From Candidatus Mcinerneyibacteriota bacterium (GTDB lineage: Bacteria > Macinerneyibacteriota > Macinerneyibacteria > Macinerneyibacteriales > DSCS01): a DNA stretch of 64,000 nucleotides. Below the pieces are notes generated by a model. The model was given only the letters and a program-made list of their open reading frames with translations. It was not told the DNA's origin and did no database searches. The stretch spans positions 100,437 to 164,436 of the forward strand of contig JAFGWL010000056.1 of assembly GCA_016937175.1 (NCBI GenBank), written 5' to 3'. Position 1 is the first letter of the stretch, and each line of letters opens with the position of its first letter. Below, piece after piece: positions 1 through 10,310 of this stretch. A program made the translations under genes and the position numbers.

Positions 1-467
1 CCCGACATCCCGCGGGGCTCTTTGATACGGTCTTCGCCGTCGATACTGTACCACCGGGGGATTTGTTTCACGACAGTTTTCGACTCCGGAAGAGGTTCCA
101 CTTTGGTCTTGGCCTGGTCTTTTACCCGTTCCACGTCTTCCTGATCGATCTCATGTTCCCGTCCTGAGACAACCACACTGCCTTCTTCGTTTCTTGACTC
201 GATGTGCCGTCCGCTGAAACCTACGATGAGATCGTTGATGTTTTCTCCGTATTGGGACTGGGCATCATTGACCACCTGGCTAATATTCCGTACAGTCATC
301 TCGATATTCTTGATGATCCCCTCGCTGATGCCGCAATTTCCCATGCTGCAGGTCACCATTCCCATCCCTTTGATCTCCAGAGCTCCGGAGTGGTCTATGG
401 CCCCGATCATTGCTTTGATATTCTGTGATCCAAGGTCGAGACTCATCAGGATCTTTTCATTTTCCAT
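1..467 (-). CDS. ftsA: Cell division protein FtsA, N-terminal part (gene runs off the window)
   Basis: Absent from the ORF track because it leaves the window. The reverse complement of 1-467 reads MENEKILMSLDLGSQNIKAMIGAIDHSGALEIKGMG...GFSGRHIES...IPRWYSIDGEDRIKEPRGM with no stop, an actin-like FtsA N-terminus. Its ATG shares one base with the ftsQ TGA (TGATG). It sits after ftsQ, as usual in dcw clusters. Confidence 0.85.
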   Translation of the reverse strand, partial: MENEKILMSLDLGSQNIKAMIGAIDHSGALEIKGMGMVTCSMGNCGISEGIIKNIEMTVRNISQVVNDAQSQYGENINDLIVGFSGRHIESRNEEGSVVVSGREHEIDQEDVERVKDQAKTKVEPLPESKTVVKQIPRWYSIDGEDRIKEPRGMS

Positions 468-1168
468 CAGTCACCTCCGCCGTTTCTTACCACCACATAG
501 GGTATGAACCGTAAATCAACATAATGCATCTTGTTATTGACCTTAATCAGTTCCGCCAGAGCTTCCGCCTTTTCCCGGAAGGACTCTTTTCCGAAATTGC
601 ATACCACAGAGTGCCCCTGTTCATCGACGACAGTGGCCACCACTTCGTAAGGGGCTCTGCACGAGAGAGCCTTGACGGAGAACTCCGTTTTCCCGCGGAT
701 CTCAGCCAGGAGTCTCAACCCCGCCTTGAGAGACGCTTCCCCGGTGATCACCGGGATCTCTTCGGACCCGTTTTCCGGAAAAAGAACCCCCTCGTCATCC
801 ACGCACATCCTCTCTCCTCCGGCTTTTATAAGGCCTAAAGGCCTCCTTTCAACGACTGTGATGATGATCTTGTCAGGATAGGCTTTTCTCACCTGTACCT
901 CTTTGACATCCGTGTTGTCCAAAAGCTCTTCACGGAGAGACGCCGCATCGACCTTCAACAGGTTCTCGCCCTTTAGTGCGCTGATCCGGGACGGGACGGG
1001 GTGTCGGGTCAGCCCTGTGACCACGACCTCCTTTACTTCCAGAGCGCTCCAGGATCCCAGCAGGGCCCCGCCTCCGTAAAAGAGGCCCGCCAGGAAAAGT
1101 CCCCAGAAAAGTAATTTGAAAACCCGCACTTTTCGGGCTCTTTTTTTCTTTCTCGTCACATAGGCCAT
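467..1168 (-). CDS. ftsQ: Cell division protein FtsQ (POTRA domain)
   Basis: Basic N-terminal tail and one TM helix (VFKLLFWGLFLAGLFYGGG), followed by a POTRA-like region. Lies between murC and ftsA. Confidence 0.8.
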   Translation of the reverse strand: MAYVTRKKKRARKVRVFKLLFWGLFLAGLFYGGGALLGSWSALEVKEVVVTGLTRHPVPSRISALKGENLLKVDAASLREELLDNTDVKEVQVRKAYPDKIIITVVERRPLGLIKAGGERMCVDDEGVLFPENGSEEIPVITGEASLKAGLRLLAEIRGKTEFSVKALSCRAPYEVVATVVDEQGHSVVCNFGKESFREKAEALAELIKVNNKMHYVDLRFIPYVVVRNGGGD

Positions 1169-2487
1169 GACTCCTCCTCCCTGACATCCCGGGCCAAACG
1201 TCTGACAGCCAGGTTTCCATCCCCGGCTCCGAAGGAGATCACCGTCATCGGGGATGAAAGGAGAGAGCGCATAAGATGATAAGCTTCGTCCACACCGCCG
1301 GCGTAAAAGACACCGCTCCGAAAAGATGAAAGGTCGTTGACAAAATCCATGCCGTCGGGACTGTTGACTTTCTTTTCCGATGCCCCGTATACCGGCAGGA
1401 CCACGATGAAATCCCCCCGGTTCCTGAAGACTTCCAGGAATCGCCTGTAAAACATTTTGAACCGTGTATACCTATGGGGTTGGAAAAGAATCATCGTGGG
1501 AGCCTTCGATTCCTCTCCCCTGAGGGCAGCCTCGATCTCAGTGGGGTGGTGGCCATAATCATCGTAAACGGCGATACCGCCTTTCCTTGCCAGAAGTTCC
1601 ATCCTCCGGCCGGTCCCTTCATACATCTCCAGCCCCTGAAAGACTTTATCGGGGTCACACCCTGTTTCGCTTAAAGCTGCATAAGCCAGGAAAGCGTCAA
1701 AGACATTGTGAGCTCCCCTTTTCTTCAGATGACATGTCCTCTTCCCGATCCTGAAGTAATCATCTCCCCACTCATCGGGCCGTATCCTGCCTCTCTTCAA
1801 TCCTACAGTCACCAGGCCGTTTCCGGCTTTTTTCAGCTTCCCTGCAGCCTCTTCTCCAGCAAAGACCGGCCCACGGAAGTTCTCCACAAACTCCTGAAAC
1901 GCCTCCCGGTATCTCTCCTCATTCCGGTAATTGTCCACATGCTCCAGTTCGATGTTCGTGATCAGGGCTGCCTCCCCTTTTTGGAAAGAAAGGAAGGACC
2001 CGTCGCTCTCATCCAGCTCCACTGAAGCCCTGCGTCCTTCTCCCCAGTGGCCGTTCAGGCCGGTCTGACTGAGAATACCCCCGATATAGTAGGAGGCTTT
2101 CTCTCCTTCCAGAGCTAAAAGAGCTGAAGCGGTGAAAGAGGCCGTGGTCGTCTTTCCGTGGCTTCCCACGACTCCGTAAACCTCTTTTTCTTTAAACAGG
2201 TCTGCCAGGAAAGCCCCCCGTGAGATAAGAGGGATCTCTTTTTTCAAAGCCTCATCCCATTCCGGGTTATCAGGGCCCACAGCACTGGTGAAGATGACTT
2301 TTTGACACTTTCCCGGGATATGGTCACGGCTGTGGCCGTAAAAGAGCGAAGCTCCCCGCTGTTGCAGAGCACGGGTCCTGTCATTCTCCTTCAGGTCCGA
2401 CCCTGAAACACGGTCTCCGCGCTCAAGGCAGATCTCCGCCAATGCACTCATCCCGATACCACCTATACCGATAAAGTGGATGATCAT
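1156..2487 (-). CDS. murC: UDP-N-acetylmuramate--L-alanine ligase
   Basis: N-terminus IHFIGIGGIGMSALAEI and P-loop GSHGKTTT of the Mur ligases. dcw position; ATGA overlap with the murG stop. Confidence 0.95.
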   Translation of the reverse strand: MIIHFIGIGGIGMSALAEICLERGDRVSGSDLKENDRTRALQQRGASLFYGHSRDHIPGKCQKVIFTSAVGPDNPEWDEALKKEIPLISRGAFLADLFKEKEVYGVVGSHGKTTTASFTASALLALEGEKASYYIGGILSQTGLNGHWGEGRRASVELDESDGSFLSFQKGEAALITNIELEHVDNYRNEERYREAFQEFVENFRGPVFAGEEAAGKLKKAGNGLVTVGLKRGRIRPDEWGDDYFRIGKRTCHLKKRGAHNVFDAFLAYAALSETGCDPDKVFQGLEMYEGTGRRMELLARKGGIAVYDDYGHHPTEIEAALRGEESKAPTMILFQPHRYTRFKMFYRRFLEVFRNRGDFIVVLPVYGASEKKVNSPDGMDFVNDLSSFRSGVFYAGGVDEAYHLMRSLLSSPMTVISFGAGDGNLAVRRLARDVREEESWPM

Positions 2488-3494
2488 AACATCGCCTCCG
2501 CAATCCGTTCCGCGGCACTTTTATTCTTATGCAGGGGCTCCCGCCCCCCTGTCTTTCCGGCCTTGTTCATTTTTATCAAGGCTTCTTCCAGGCGCTCTTC
2601 GAATCCGTCGCCCTCTTCCACCATGATATAACCGCCCTTCTTTTCCATGGCCCGGGCATTGGCCCGCTGATGGTCATCTTTAGCGTGGGGATAGGGCACA
2701 AGGATCCCCGGGATCTCCAGGGCCTCCAGCTCAGCCAGGGCTGTGGCCCCTGCCCGGGAAACAGCCAGAGCCGTCTCGGCGAAGATCTCTTCCATATGGT
2801 GGCAATAGGAGAAGATACGCAGTCCCGGCCTCTCTTCAAGGGCGGAAGAGACCATCTCGAAGTCGCGCTCTCCGGTGATCCATAAAAGCGGACGGCCCAG
2901 TTTTTCCAAAAACCCTGATTTCTCCAGACGGACCAGAGCCTCATTCAATCTCCTGGATCCCAGGCTTCCACCCAGGACTGCCAGGCCTTCTCCTTCTGGA
3001 ATGATCTTCAGAAGAGAAGCGCGGACAGGATTCCCTGTCCATAAGGCCTTGCCAGGGGCGAATCCCGAGAGGCTTTCGGGAAATGAGACAAAGACCTTTT
3101 CGGCAAGAGGCGCTAAAAGCCGGGTGACACGGCCCGGAATGACATTCTGCTCCAGCAGATAGAGTGGCTTTCTCTGAAAAGCCGCAGCCAGTCCGAAATA
3201 AAAGCTTACATATCCCCCGGCGCATACCACACAGTCAAAAGCTTCTTTACGTATCCAATTGCTGATAGAGAAAAGAGTCAGCGGATTTTTAAAAAATCCC
3301 CCTATCTTTTCACCGGGCCGGTAGATCTCAAATCCCCGGTAATCGGCCCCTTCCCGCTCAAAGAGTTCCCGCTCCATGCGATGGTTGGTTCCTCCGAAAG
3401 AGACACGGGCCCCCCGGCCGGCTAAAAACTGCCCCAGGGCCAGGGCAGGATAGATATGCCCTCCGGTTCCTCCGGCGGCCAGGAGCACCTTCAT
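2484..3494 (-). CDS. murG: Undecaprenyldiphospho-muramoylpentapeptide beta-N-acetylglucosaminyltransferase
   Basis: MKVLLAAGGTGGHIYPALAL N-terminus typical of MurG. dcw position; ATGA overlap with the ftsW stop. Confidence 0.95.
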   Translation of the reverse strand: MKVLLAAGGTGGHIYPALALGQFLAGRGARVSFGGTNHRMERELFEREGADYRGFEIYRPGEKIGGFFKNPLTLFSISNWIRKEAFDCVVCAGGYVSFYFGLAAAFQRKPLYLLEQNVIPGRVTRLLAPLAEKVFVSFPESLSGFAPGKALWTGNPVRASLLKIIPEGEGLAVLGGSLGSRRLNEALVRLEKSGFLEKLGRPLLWITGERDFEMVSSALEERPGLRIFSYCHHMEEIFAETALAVSRAGATALAELEALEIPGILVPYPHAKDDHQRANARAMEKKGGYIMVEEGDGFEERLEEALIKMNKAGKTGGREPLHKNKSAAERIAEAML

Positions 3495-4606
3495 GACATC
3501 CTCCTTGCAATATCTTTTTCAATGCTTCTGGCCATTCCCAGGAGCGTCATGAAAATGAGAAGAGAGGTCCTTCCGTAACTGATCAGGGGCAGCGTCATGC
3601 CGGTTACCGGGAAAAGCCCTACGGTAACGCCCATATTGATCACCGATTGGAAGGCAAAAAGAGAGCCTGTCATAAGAAGGAAATAGCGTTCATAATCATA
3701 TTTTGATTCTTCTGCAAGGCGGATAAATTTGTAAAAGAGAAGAAGGTAGAGAGCAATGATCCCCAGAATGAAGATAATGCCCATCTCCTCTCCGATGACA
3801 GAAAAGATAAAGTCTGTATGAGCTTCCGGAAGCAGATTTTTATAGGCACCTGAGCCGAATCCGCGCCCGAAATAACCACCCATCTGAAAAGCGGCGATAG
3901 AGTGTCTCAGCTGGTAAGCCGGAGGGGCTCCGTTAAAAAGATAGTCCAGCCAGGAGGCTACTCGTCCGCTTCTGAAGCCTCCCCCTCTCAAAAGAAAGAG
4001 AAGCCCGACCGTTAAAGCTGAGGAGGCCCAGAAGAGTATGGCCTTGGGATTCCGCCCCGATACGAAGAAGACGACTCCGTACAGGGAGAGAATCAGCACC
4101 GAAGTGGAAAAATCATTCCCCGTGAAGATGAGAAGTGCTGTGGCCGCTGTGATCAGCAGCGGGTACTGTTTCAGCGAAGTTGACTTTCCGGGCCTCCTGT
4201 ATCCTCCTGCTTCTTTGTGGAACGAAGCGGTCAGATAGAGGATCAGCGTTAACTTGGCCCCTTCCGAGGGCTGGAACCTTAAAAATCCCAGCTCGATCCA
4301 TCGGCGGGCCCCGTTTATCTCAACGCCCACATGGGGCAGGAAAACGGCTACGAGAAGGATTAGGGAAAGAAGGTGGAGCCAGGGCGCAATGGGAAGCAGA
4401 CGCTTAAGGACCACCCGTGACGCCAGGGCGTAGATGAACAAACCGGCCAGGGCTGCCAGAAGATGTCTTTTAAAATAAAAGAGAGGATCCCCTGTATGGC
4501 GCATGGCCGGAGAGATGCTGGCTGTCCACATGGCCAGGATAGAAAAAGCATAAAAGGCCATGATGATGATCTTCATATCCATTACCACGGGACGGGGGCT
4601 TTTCAT
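3491..4606 (-). CDS. ftsW: SEDS-family peptidoglycan glycosyltransferase FtsW
   Basis: Polytopic FtsW/RodA/SpoVE-type protein with the conserved C-terminal PVTGMTLPLISYGRTSLL motif. Lies between murD and murG. Confidence 0.9.
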   Translation of the reverse strand: MKSPRPVVMDMKIIIMAFYAFSILAMWTASISPAMRHTGDPLFYFKRHLLAALAGLFIYALASRVVLKRLLPIAPWLHLLSLILLVAVFLPHVGVEINGARRWIELGFLRFQPSEGAKLTLILYLTASFHKEAGGYRRPGKSTSLKQYPLLITAATALLIFTGNDFSTSVLILSLYGVVFFVSGRNPKAILFWASSALTVGLLFLLRGGGFRSGRVASWLDYLFNGAPPAYQLRHSIAAFQMGGYFGRGFGSGAYKNLLPEAHTDFIFSVIGEEMGIIFILGIIALYLLLFYKFIRLAEESKYDYERYFLLMTGSLFAFQSVINMGVTVGLFPVTGMTLPLISYGRTSLLIFMTLLGMARSIEKDIARRMS

Positions 4607-5964
4607 CTCTGCTCCTTTTTCAGGCGGAGGGACTCTTCTTTGAAATGGCGTCCCCGCTCTTCAAAATTCGAATACATGTCGAAACTGGCCGCAGCCGGCG
4701 AAAGAAGGACGATATCCCCTTTAAGCGCTTTTGAGAAACTCAGCCTCACAGCCTCCTCCATCCCCCCGGCACTCTCATAGGGGATCTTCTCTCTCTCCAT
4801 CAGGCTTTTAATACGGGGAGTCGTCTCCCCCAACAGGACGACGGCCCGGCACTCTTTTCTGATAAGAGGGAGAAGGGGGGTAAAATCACTCTTTTTTGCA
4901 TCATCCCCGCCAAGGATCAGAATGATCTTTCGGCCGGGAAAGGAGGCAAGGGCTTTTTGAGTGGAATCCACATTGGTCCCCTTGGAATCGTTGACAAAAA
5001 GGATTCCCATTATTTCACAGACTGGTTCCAGGCGGTGTTCTATCCCCTTGAAATCACAGAGGTCCTCCGCCCACCGGTCCATGGAGGTAACATAGGGGCG
5101 TACAGCAGCGATAGCTGCCAGGGTGTTTTCCAGGTTATGGGCCCCCGGCAAAGTCAGTCGATCTGCATAAGCAATTCGTTCGGGATCGCCCCCTTCTGAA
5201 AACCAGAGAGCCCCCTCGTTCACGAAAGCTCCCCTTGGGAGGCTTCGCCGGCGTGAGAAAAGATAGCGCTTCCCGGGAAAGGCACGGGTCGCCGTTTCCA
5301 GTTTTTCATCGTCTCCGTTTACCACAAGCCGTCCCTCTTCTCCCATATTATCAGTAATTTTTAATTTCGTCTTAAAGTAGACTTCATAGGAGCCTCCGTA
5401 ACGGTCCAGATGGTCGGGTGTGATATTGGTGATGACAGCTGTCTCCGGCCGGAAGGTCTCGACTGTCTCCAGTTGATAGGAGGAGACTTCACACACAAGA
5501 AAGGTATGGCAAGAGTCTGTATAATCGGATAAGGCCTGCCCGATATTCCCCACCGCTGCAGCAGAATGTCCCTGTCCTTCTAAAAGATACCGGATCAGGC
5601 TGACTGTCGTCGATTTCCCGTTGGTCCCGGTGACAGCGATGAGCCTTTTCCCCGGGGAAAGGGACCGATAGGCGAATTCCAGCTCTCCTATAAGGGGCAT
5701 CTCCTCTTTGACCCTCTGAATATAGGGCGACCGGGGGTCTATCCCCGGAGAGAGGACGGCCAGACTACAAAAGGAGAAGAACCCGTCAGTATTTTCTGTC
5801 TCATAAGGGATTCCCAATTCTTCGAGCTGCTGAAAGCGGCTTTCAAGGGCCGGAGTCCGCTGCCTCTCTGTCACATAGGCCTTCCAGCCTTTTCTGAGAG
5901 CCAGCCGGGCTGCCGCCAGGCCGCTGATTCCGCATCCGATTATCAGAATTCCGTCACGAGACAT
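4603..5964 (-). CDS. murD: UDP-N-acetylmuramoylalanine--D-glutamate ligase
   Basis: Rossmann start ILIIGCGISGLAAARL and P-loop GTNGKSTT. The ATG at 5964 lies 6 nt after GGAGAGG. The ORF-track ATG at 5970 abuts that SD, so 5964 is preferred. Confidence 0.92.
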   Translation of the reverse strand: MSRDGILIIGCGISGLAAARLALRKGWKAYVTERQRTPALESRFQQLEELGIPYETENTDGFFSFCSLAVLSPGIDPRSPYIQRVKEEMPLIGELEFAYRSLSPGKRLIAVTGTNGKSTTVSLIRYLLEGQGHSAAAVGNIGQALSDYTDSCHTFLVCEVSSYQLETVETFRPETAVITNITPDHLDRYGGSYEVYFKTKLKITDNMGEEGRLVVNGDDEKLETATRAFPGKRYLFSRRRSLPRGAFVNEGALWFSEGGDPERIAYADRLTLPGAHNLENTLAAIAAVRPYVTSMDRWAEDLCDFKGIEHRLEPVCEIMGILFVNDSKGTNVDSTQKALASFPGRKIILILGGDDAKKSDFTPLLPLIRKECRAVVLLGETTPRIKSLMEREKIPYESAGGMEEAVRLSFSKALKGDIVLLSPAAASFDMYSNFEERGRHFKEESLRLKKEQR

Positions 5965-5976
5965 GACCATCCTCTC

Positions 5977-7062
5977 CTATTGCAGTTTCAGTGTACTCAA
6001 TCCCAGTAAAGCCAGCATGATCCCCATGATCCAGAAACGTACCGTCACCTTCGTCTCACTCCAGCCCAGCAGCTCAAAATGGTGGTGGATCGGAGCTCTT
6101 AAAAAGATACGCTTTCCCTTTGTCGCCTTGAAATAAGCTACCTGCAGAAGCACCGAGAGAGCCTCCATGACGAAGACACCCCCGACGATGACGATGAGGA
6201 TCTCCCTTTTTATCAAAATAGCGATTATGGCAAGAGCTCCCCCCAGGGGAAGAGACCCCACATCTCCCATGAAGACAGAAGCAGGATAAGAGTTAAACCA
6301 GAGAAATCCCAGAGCTGCTCCCACGATGGCCATGGCAAAGACTGTCAACTCTCCGGTTCCGGGAAGAAAGGGGATGTTGAGATAATCGGCAAACTGGATA
6401 TGGCCGGTAACATAAGCCATAAGGGCAAAAGCCGAAATAGCGAGCCCCACGTTGCCGATGGCCAGTCCGTCCAGGCCGTCGGTAAGGTTCACAGCATTGG
6501 AAGTGGCCATGATCACCAACATGACAAAGGGGATATAGAGGAGGCCCAGGTCCAGAAAGACATCCTTCATAAAGGGGATGGCGATGGACCCCTTCAGCGC
6601 GGCGTCCTGGGGGAAAAAGTAGAGAAGTGCCCCTACCCCCAGCCCCAATGTCCCCTGAATGATCAGCTTGTAACGGGCGATGACCCCTTCCGGGTTTTTC
6701 TTCGTGATCTTCAGATAGTCGTCCAGAAAACCCAGGGCTCCGAGCCAGAGGACTGTAGCCAGGGCGACCAAGACATATTCGTTTTTAATATCGGCCCAGA
6801 GAAGTGTAGAAAGGACGATGGAGATAAGGATCAGGACCCCTCCCATACTGGGTGTCCCTGCTTTTTTCTGATGAGAATCGGGGACATATTCCCTGATATG
6901 GGAGAAATTGATCCTTTTCAGGAAACGGATAGTCATGGGCCCGAAGATAAAGCTGATCACAAGGGCCGTGATCAGAGCATAGGCAGACCGGAACGTGATA
7001 TAGCGGAATACATTGAATCCGGCAAAATGTTTGATGAGAGGGACAAAAATATAATAGAGCAT
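5977..7062 (-). CDS. mraY: Phospho-N-acetylmuramoyl-pentapeptide transferase
   Basis: Ten-TM MraY pattern with NAVNLTDGLDGLA and HHHFE motifs. dcw position. Confidence 0.95.
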   Translation of the reverse strand: MLYYIFVPLIKHFAGFNVFRYITFRSAYALITALVISFIFGPMTIRFLKRINFSHIREYVPDSHQKKAGTPSMGGVLILISIVLSTLLWADIKNEYVLVALATVLWLGALGFLDDYLKITKKNPEGVIARYKLIIQGTLGLGVGALLYFFPQDAALKGSIAIPFMKDVFLDLGLLYIPFVMLVIMATSNAVNLTDGLDGLAIGNVGLAISAFALMAYVTGHIQFADYLNIPFLPGTGELTVFAMAIVGAALGFLWFNSYPASVFMGDVGSLPLGGALAIIAILIKREILIVIVGGVFVMEALSVLLQVAYFKATKGKRIFLRAPIHHHFELLGWSETKVTVRFWIMGIMLALLGLSTLKLQ

Positions 7063-8408
7063 TACTTCTCCTCCCTTATGAGATGGATGAACTCCTCCAT
7101 CCGCATACCCCGTGACCCTTTAAAGAGCAGCAGGCTGTAGTCATTTCCGACTTCTCTGAGATACCCGGCATATTCACGGCGGTCTTTAAAAAATGCGAAT
7201 TGCGGGAACTCTTCTTTCAGGGCGTAAAACTCCGGCCCCAATAGCAGAGCCTGCGACCGGGGGATCCGGCGGCAGAGCTCCAGGGCTTCCCGGTGATAGC
7301 GTTTGCTCTCCTGCCCCAATTCCAGCATATCTCCCAGGCAGAAGAGTTTCCGGAATGAGCCGAAACGCGCAGAGATCTCTTCCAGAACCGCCTTCAGGGT
7401 GGCCGGCGAAGAGTTGTATGTATCGTCTACAATGAACAGCCCTTCTTCTTCCCGGATTGTGAACCGGCCTCCTGTGATGACGCATTTCTCCAGCCCGGTC
7501 CTGATCTGGCCGGGGGATACTCCCATATTGAGAGCCACCGCCACGGCTGCTGCAGCGTTGAAGGCGTAGTTCACCGACCAGACGGGGATCCTGTAAGGCT
7601 CTCCGTTCAACTCGAAATGCACTTCTCCCTTCCCTGCAGTGACCGGGCCCACACGATAGTCGCATCCTTCGCCCTTTCCGTATGAGAGGACCCGCTCATA
7701 GGCCTTTCCGGCTTCTGCCAGGCGAGGGTCGTCTCCGTAGACCAGCTTTACAGCTTTAGGGTCCATCATCTCAAAAAGCTGGACTTTCCCCGCATAGACG
7801 CGATCCAGGGTTTGGAGATACTCCATATGGACAGGGCTGATCCCTGTGATCACCCCGATATCGGGCTTCAACGCTTTGGCCAGGATCCCGATATCCCCGA
7901 AGTGGTCCATCCCCAGCTCCATCACGACCACCTCCCGGCTGAAATTATTGAAAAAAGTAAGGGGGACACCCCATTCGTTATTGAGGTTTCCTTCTGTCTT
8001 CCCCGTCTTGTAAAGAGAGGAAAGGGCACTGTGTATAAAATCTTTGGTGGTCGTTTTTCCATAAGAGCCTGTGACAGCCACTATACGCTGATGAGCCGTG
8101 AGAACCCGCAGAGCCTCCACCAGGTCGAGCAATGTCCTGATCGGGGCGTCGGTAATAAGGACGGGGACATCGATTCTTTTATCCACATAGGCTCCGTTTT
8201 CGGCTACGACAAAAGCCGCCCCCTTCTCTACAGCCTGGTTGATGAAACGGTTCCCGTCGGCATGGTCTCCCTTCCGTGCGATAAAAAGGCAGCCCGGAAA
8301 GGCCTGCCGGGAATCAAGGACAGCTCCGCTGAACGACGGATAATCGTCCCAGCGGCCGATACGGTCGATATGGTGGATCATGGAATAATCGATGAGACGT
8401 GTGGTCAT
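7062..8408 (-). CDS. murF: UDP-N-acetylmuramoyl-tripeptide--D-alanyl-D-alanine ligase
   Basis: Mur ligase P-loop GSYGKTTTK and the MurF-type central and C-terminal domains. It follows ftsI directly; no murE lies between them. Confidence 0.9.
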   Translation of the reverse strand: MTTRLIDYSMIHHIDRIGRWDDYPSFSGAVLDSRQAFPGCLFIARKGDHADGNRFINQAVEKGAAFVVAENGAYVDKRIDVPVLITDAPIRTLLDLVEALRVLTAHQRIVAVTGSYGKTTTKDFIHSALSSLYKTGKTEGNLNNEWGVPLTFFNNFSREVVVMELGMDHFGDIGILAKALKPDIGVITGISPVHMEYLQTLDRVYAGKVQLFEMMDPKAVKLVYGDDPRLAEAGKAYERVLSYGKGEGCDYRVGPVTAGKGEVHFELNGEPYRIPVWSVNYAFNAAAAVAVALNMGVSPGQIRTGLEKCVITGGRFTIREEEGLFIVDDTYNSSPATLKAVLEEISARFGSFRKLFCLGDMLELGQESKRYHREALELCRRIPRSQALLLGPEFYALKEEFPQFAFFKDRREYAGYLREVGNDYSLLLFKGSRGMRMEEFIHLIREEK

Positions 8409-10072
8409 AGTCCTCCGTAACGCGCCACTTGCTCAGCGGCTTTTTTAAAAACAGGAACAGCGAATTGCGAAGCATACCCGCCTTTGCTGGGTTCGTCCAT
8501 CATGATCCCTATGACATACTGTGGATCATCGGCCGGGAAGAACCCGATAAATGTCCCGACGACCCGGCTTCTGTCGTACTGATTCCGGGATGAATCGTAC
8601 TTTGTGGCCGTCCCTGTCTTGCCAGCTACCGGGACGCCTCTGGGAGAAGCCTTGTCATTGAGTCCTTTTTCCACCACATCCCGGAGGATCTTACGGACAC
8701 GGGAAGCGGCATTCTTGTCCAGGACACGGCGGATCATCACGGGTTTCACATGGTAAGTAGCTCCCCGGCTGTAATCCACCCTGTTCACAACATGAAGTTC
8801 AGGAAGAAGCCCGCCGTTGGCCGGAACTGTGTAGGCAGCTGTCAGCCGGAGAAGGTTGACTGCCATACCATAACCGATGGAAAATGTCCCCAATTCAGCC
8901 GGGACCCATTTCTCCACATCTTTGATCCGGCACATGGCTTCATTGGGGAGCTCAAGGGATTTTTTTTCTGTGAATCCGAAGAGTTTGGCATAATAGTAAA
9001 GCTTTTCTTTTCCGAGCTTGTCAGCCAGTTTGATCACTCCCACGTTACTCGACCTCTGAAAGACTTCTGAAAAGGTCAGCTTCTTATTTACCAATGTATC
9101 CCTGATCCACTCCCCCTTATAGTTGATGACACCCCCTTCGCAATCGATGATGTCGGTTTCTCCTGCAGCATCCTCCTGAAGGGCGGCAGCCAACGTGACA
9201 AGCTTAAAACTGGATCCAGGCTCAAAGGAGTGGGCGATAGCACGGTTGATCACTTTGTCGCTACCGGCATAATCGAAAAAGCGATTGGGATCGAAGGAAG
9301 GAAAGCTTCCCATGGCCAGTATCTCACCTGTTTTGGGGTCCAGGACGACACCTGAAACTGAAAGGGGCGAAAACTCTTCATACCCCCACCGGAGGGCCTC
9401 TTCGAGAAAGTATTGGATATTCGTATCCACCGTCAGGACGACATCAGCGCCATCATCAGGCAGAGCATTCATATCTGTGACTCCCACACCGCTCAAAAGC
9501 ATGTCAAAGGCTTTTTCCGCTCCGGTGGACTGCCCGGCATAATTGACATACCCTAAAACATGCGCCCCCAGGGAGCCCATGGGATAATAACGCACGGCAT
9601 CATCCTCGCGCACAAAGATCCCCCGGCACGCGTTGAGAGCAGCTATCTCTTCCGCGTCCGGTTCCACCCTTCGGGCTACCGGTATGTAACGGGACTTTCT
9701 CTCGATCTCCCTGGAGATCCTTTTCAACTCGTCTCCGGCGATATCACCGAGAAGAGCCAGGGTTTTTTCCTTCTCGCCGGGGCCGATAAGAGACCCGTCT
9801 GCAAAAATGCGGTAATGATAAAGTGTCGTGGCCATGAGGCTCCCGTTACGTGAATAAATATTCCCTCTCAGGGGGCGGAACCTTCTTTCCGTGGCCAAAG
9901 TATTGTCTACAACCCTCTGGTAACGGTTCGTCGTAGCCTCGAGAGACCGGCTGTCCCTGAAGACCTGGATATTGATAAGACGGATGGCGATGACCAGGTA
10001 CCCGGCGCAGGCCAGGGCGAACAGGATCTTTCCATACCGGTTTCCTTTTTTAATACTCACGGGCTTCTCCAT
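8405..10072 (-). CDS. ftsI: Class B penicillin-binding protein / division transpeptidase (PBP3-type)
   Basis: N-terminal TM anchor, plus SxxK (GSSFK), SxN (SSNVG) and KTG (AGKTGTA) motifs. dcw position after the ftsL-like gene. Confidence 0.9.
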   Translation of the reverse strand: MEKPVSIKKGNRYGKILFALACAGYLVIAIRLINIQVFRDSRSLEATTNRYQRVVDNTLATERRFRPLRGNIYSRNGSLMATTLYHYRIFADGSLIGPGEKEKTLALLGDIAGDELKRISREIERKSRYIPVARRVEPDAEEIAALNACRGIFVREDDAVRYYPMGSLGAHVLGYVNYAGQSTGAEKAFDMLLSGVGVTDMNALPDDGADVVLTVDTNIQYFLEEALRWGYEEFSPLSVSGVVLDPKTGEILAMGSFPSFDPNRFFDYAGSDKVINRAIAHSFEPGSSFKLVTLAAALQEDAAGETDIIDCEGGVINYKGEWIRDTLVNKKLTFSEVFQRSSNVGVIKLADKLGKEKLYYYAKLFGFTEKKSLELPNEAMCRIKDVEKWVPAELGTFSIGYGMAVNLLRLTAAYTVPANGGLLPELHVVNRVDYSRGATYHVKPVMIRRVLDKNAASRVRKILRDVVEKGLNDKASPRGVPVAGKTGTATKYDSSRNQYDRSRVVGTFIGFFPADDPQYVIGIMMDEPSKGGYASQFAVPVFKKAAEQVARYGGL

Positions 10073-10310
10073 TCCAGGCCTGGGTAAGCCCCTTGCCGAC
10101 AGCCCATTTTTTGACAGCCTCCATACTCAGGCTCTTTTCGATCTCAGTTTTGAGAAGCCTGTTTTTCAGCTTCAGGGAAATGACCTCTTCTCTCAGCGTA
10201 TAGATCTCTGCTCTCAGGCGCTCTTTTTCCACATACATCACAGCCTCCAGCAGAAATACACAGACCAGTAAAAGAAGAAGAAAGATGAAAATTTTCCTTG
10301 CGCGTATCAT
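10050..10310 (-). CDS. ftsL: FtsL-like small bitopic division protein
   Basis: 86 aa with one TM helix (IFIFLLLLLVCVFLLEAV) followed by a coiled-coil-like segment. Sits in the canonical slot between rsmH and ftsI. Called by position and architecture only. Confidence 0.55.
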   Translation of the reverse strand: MIRARKIFIFLLLLLVCVFLLEAVMYVEKERLRAEIYTLREEVISLKLKNRLLKTEIEKSLSMEAVKKWAVGKGLTQAWNGEAREY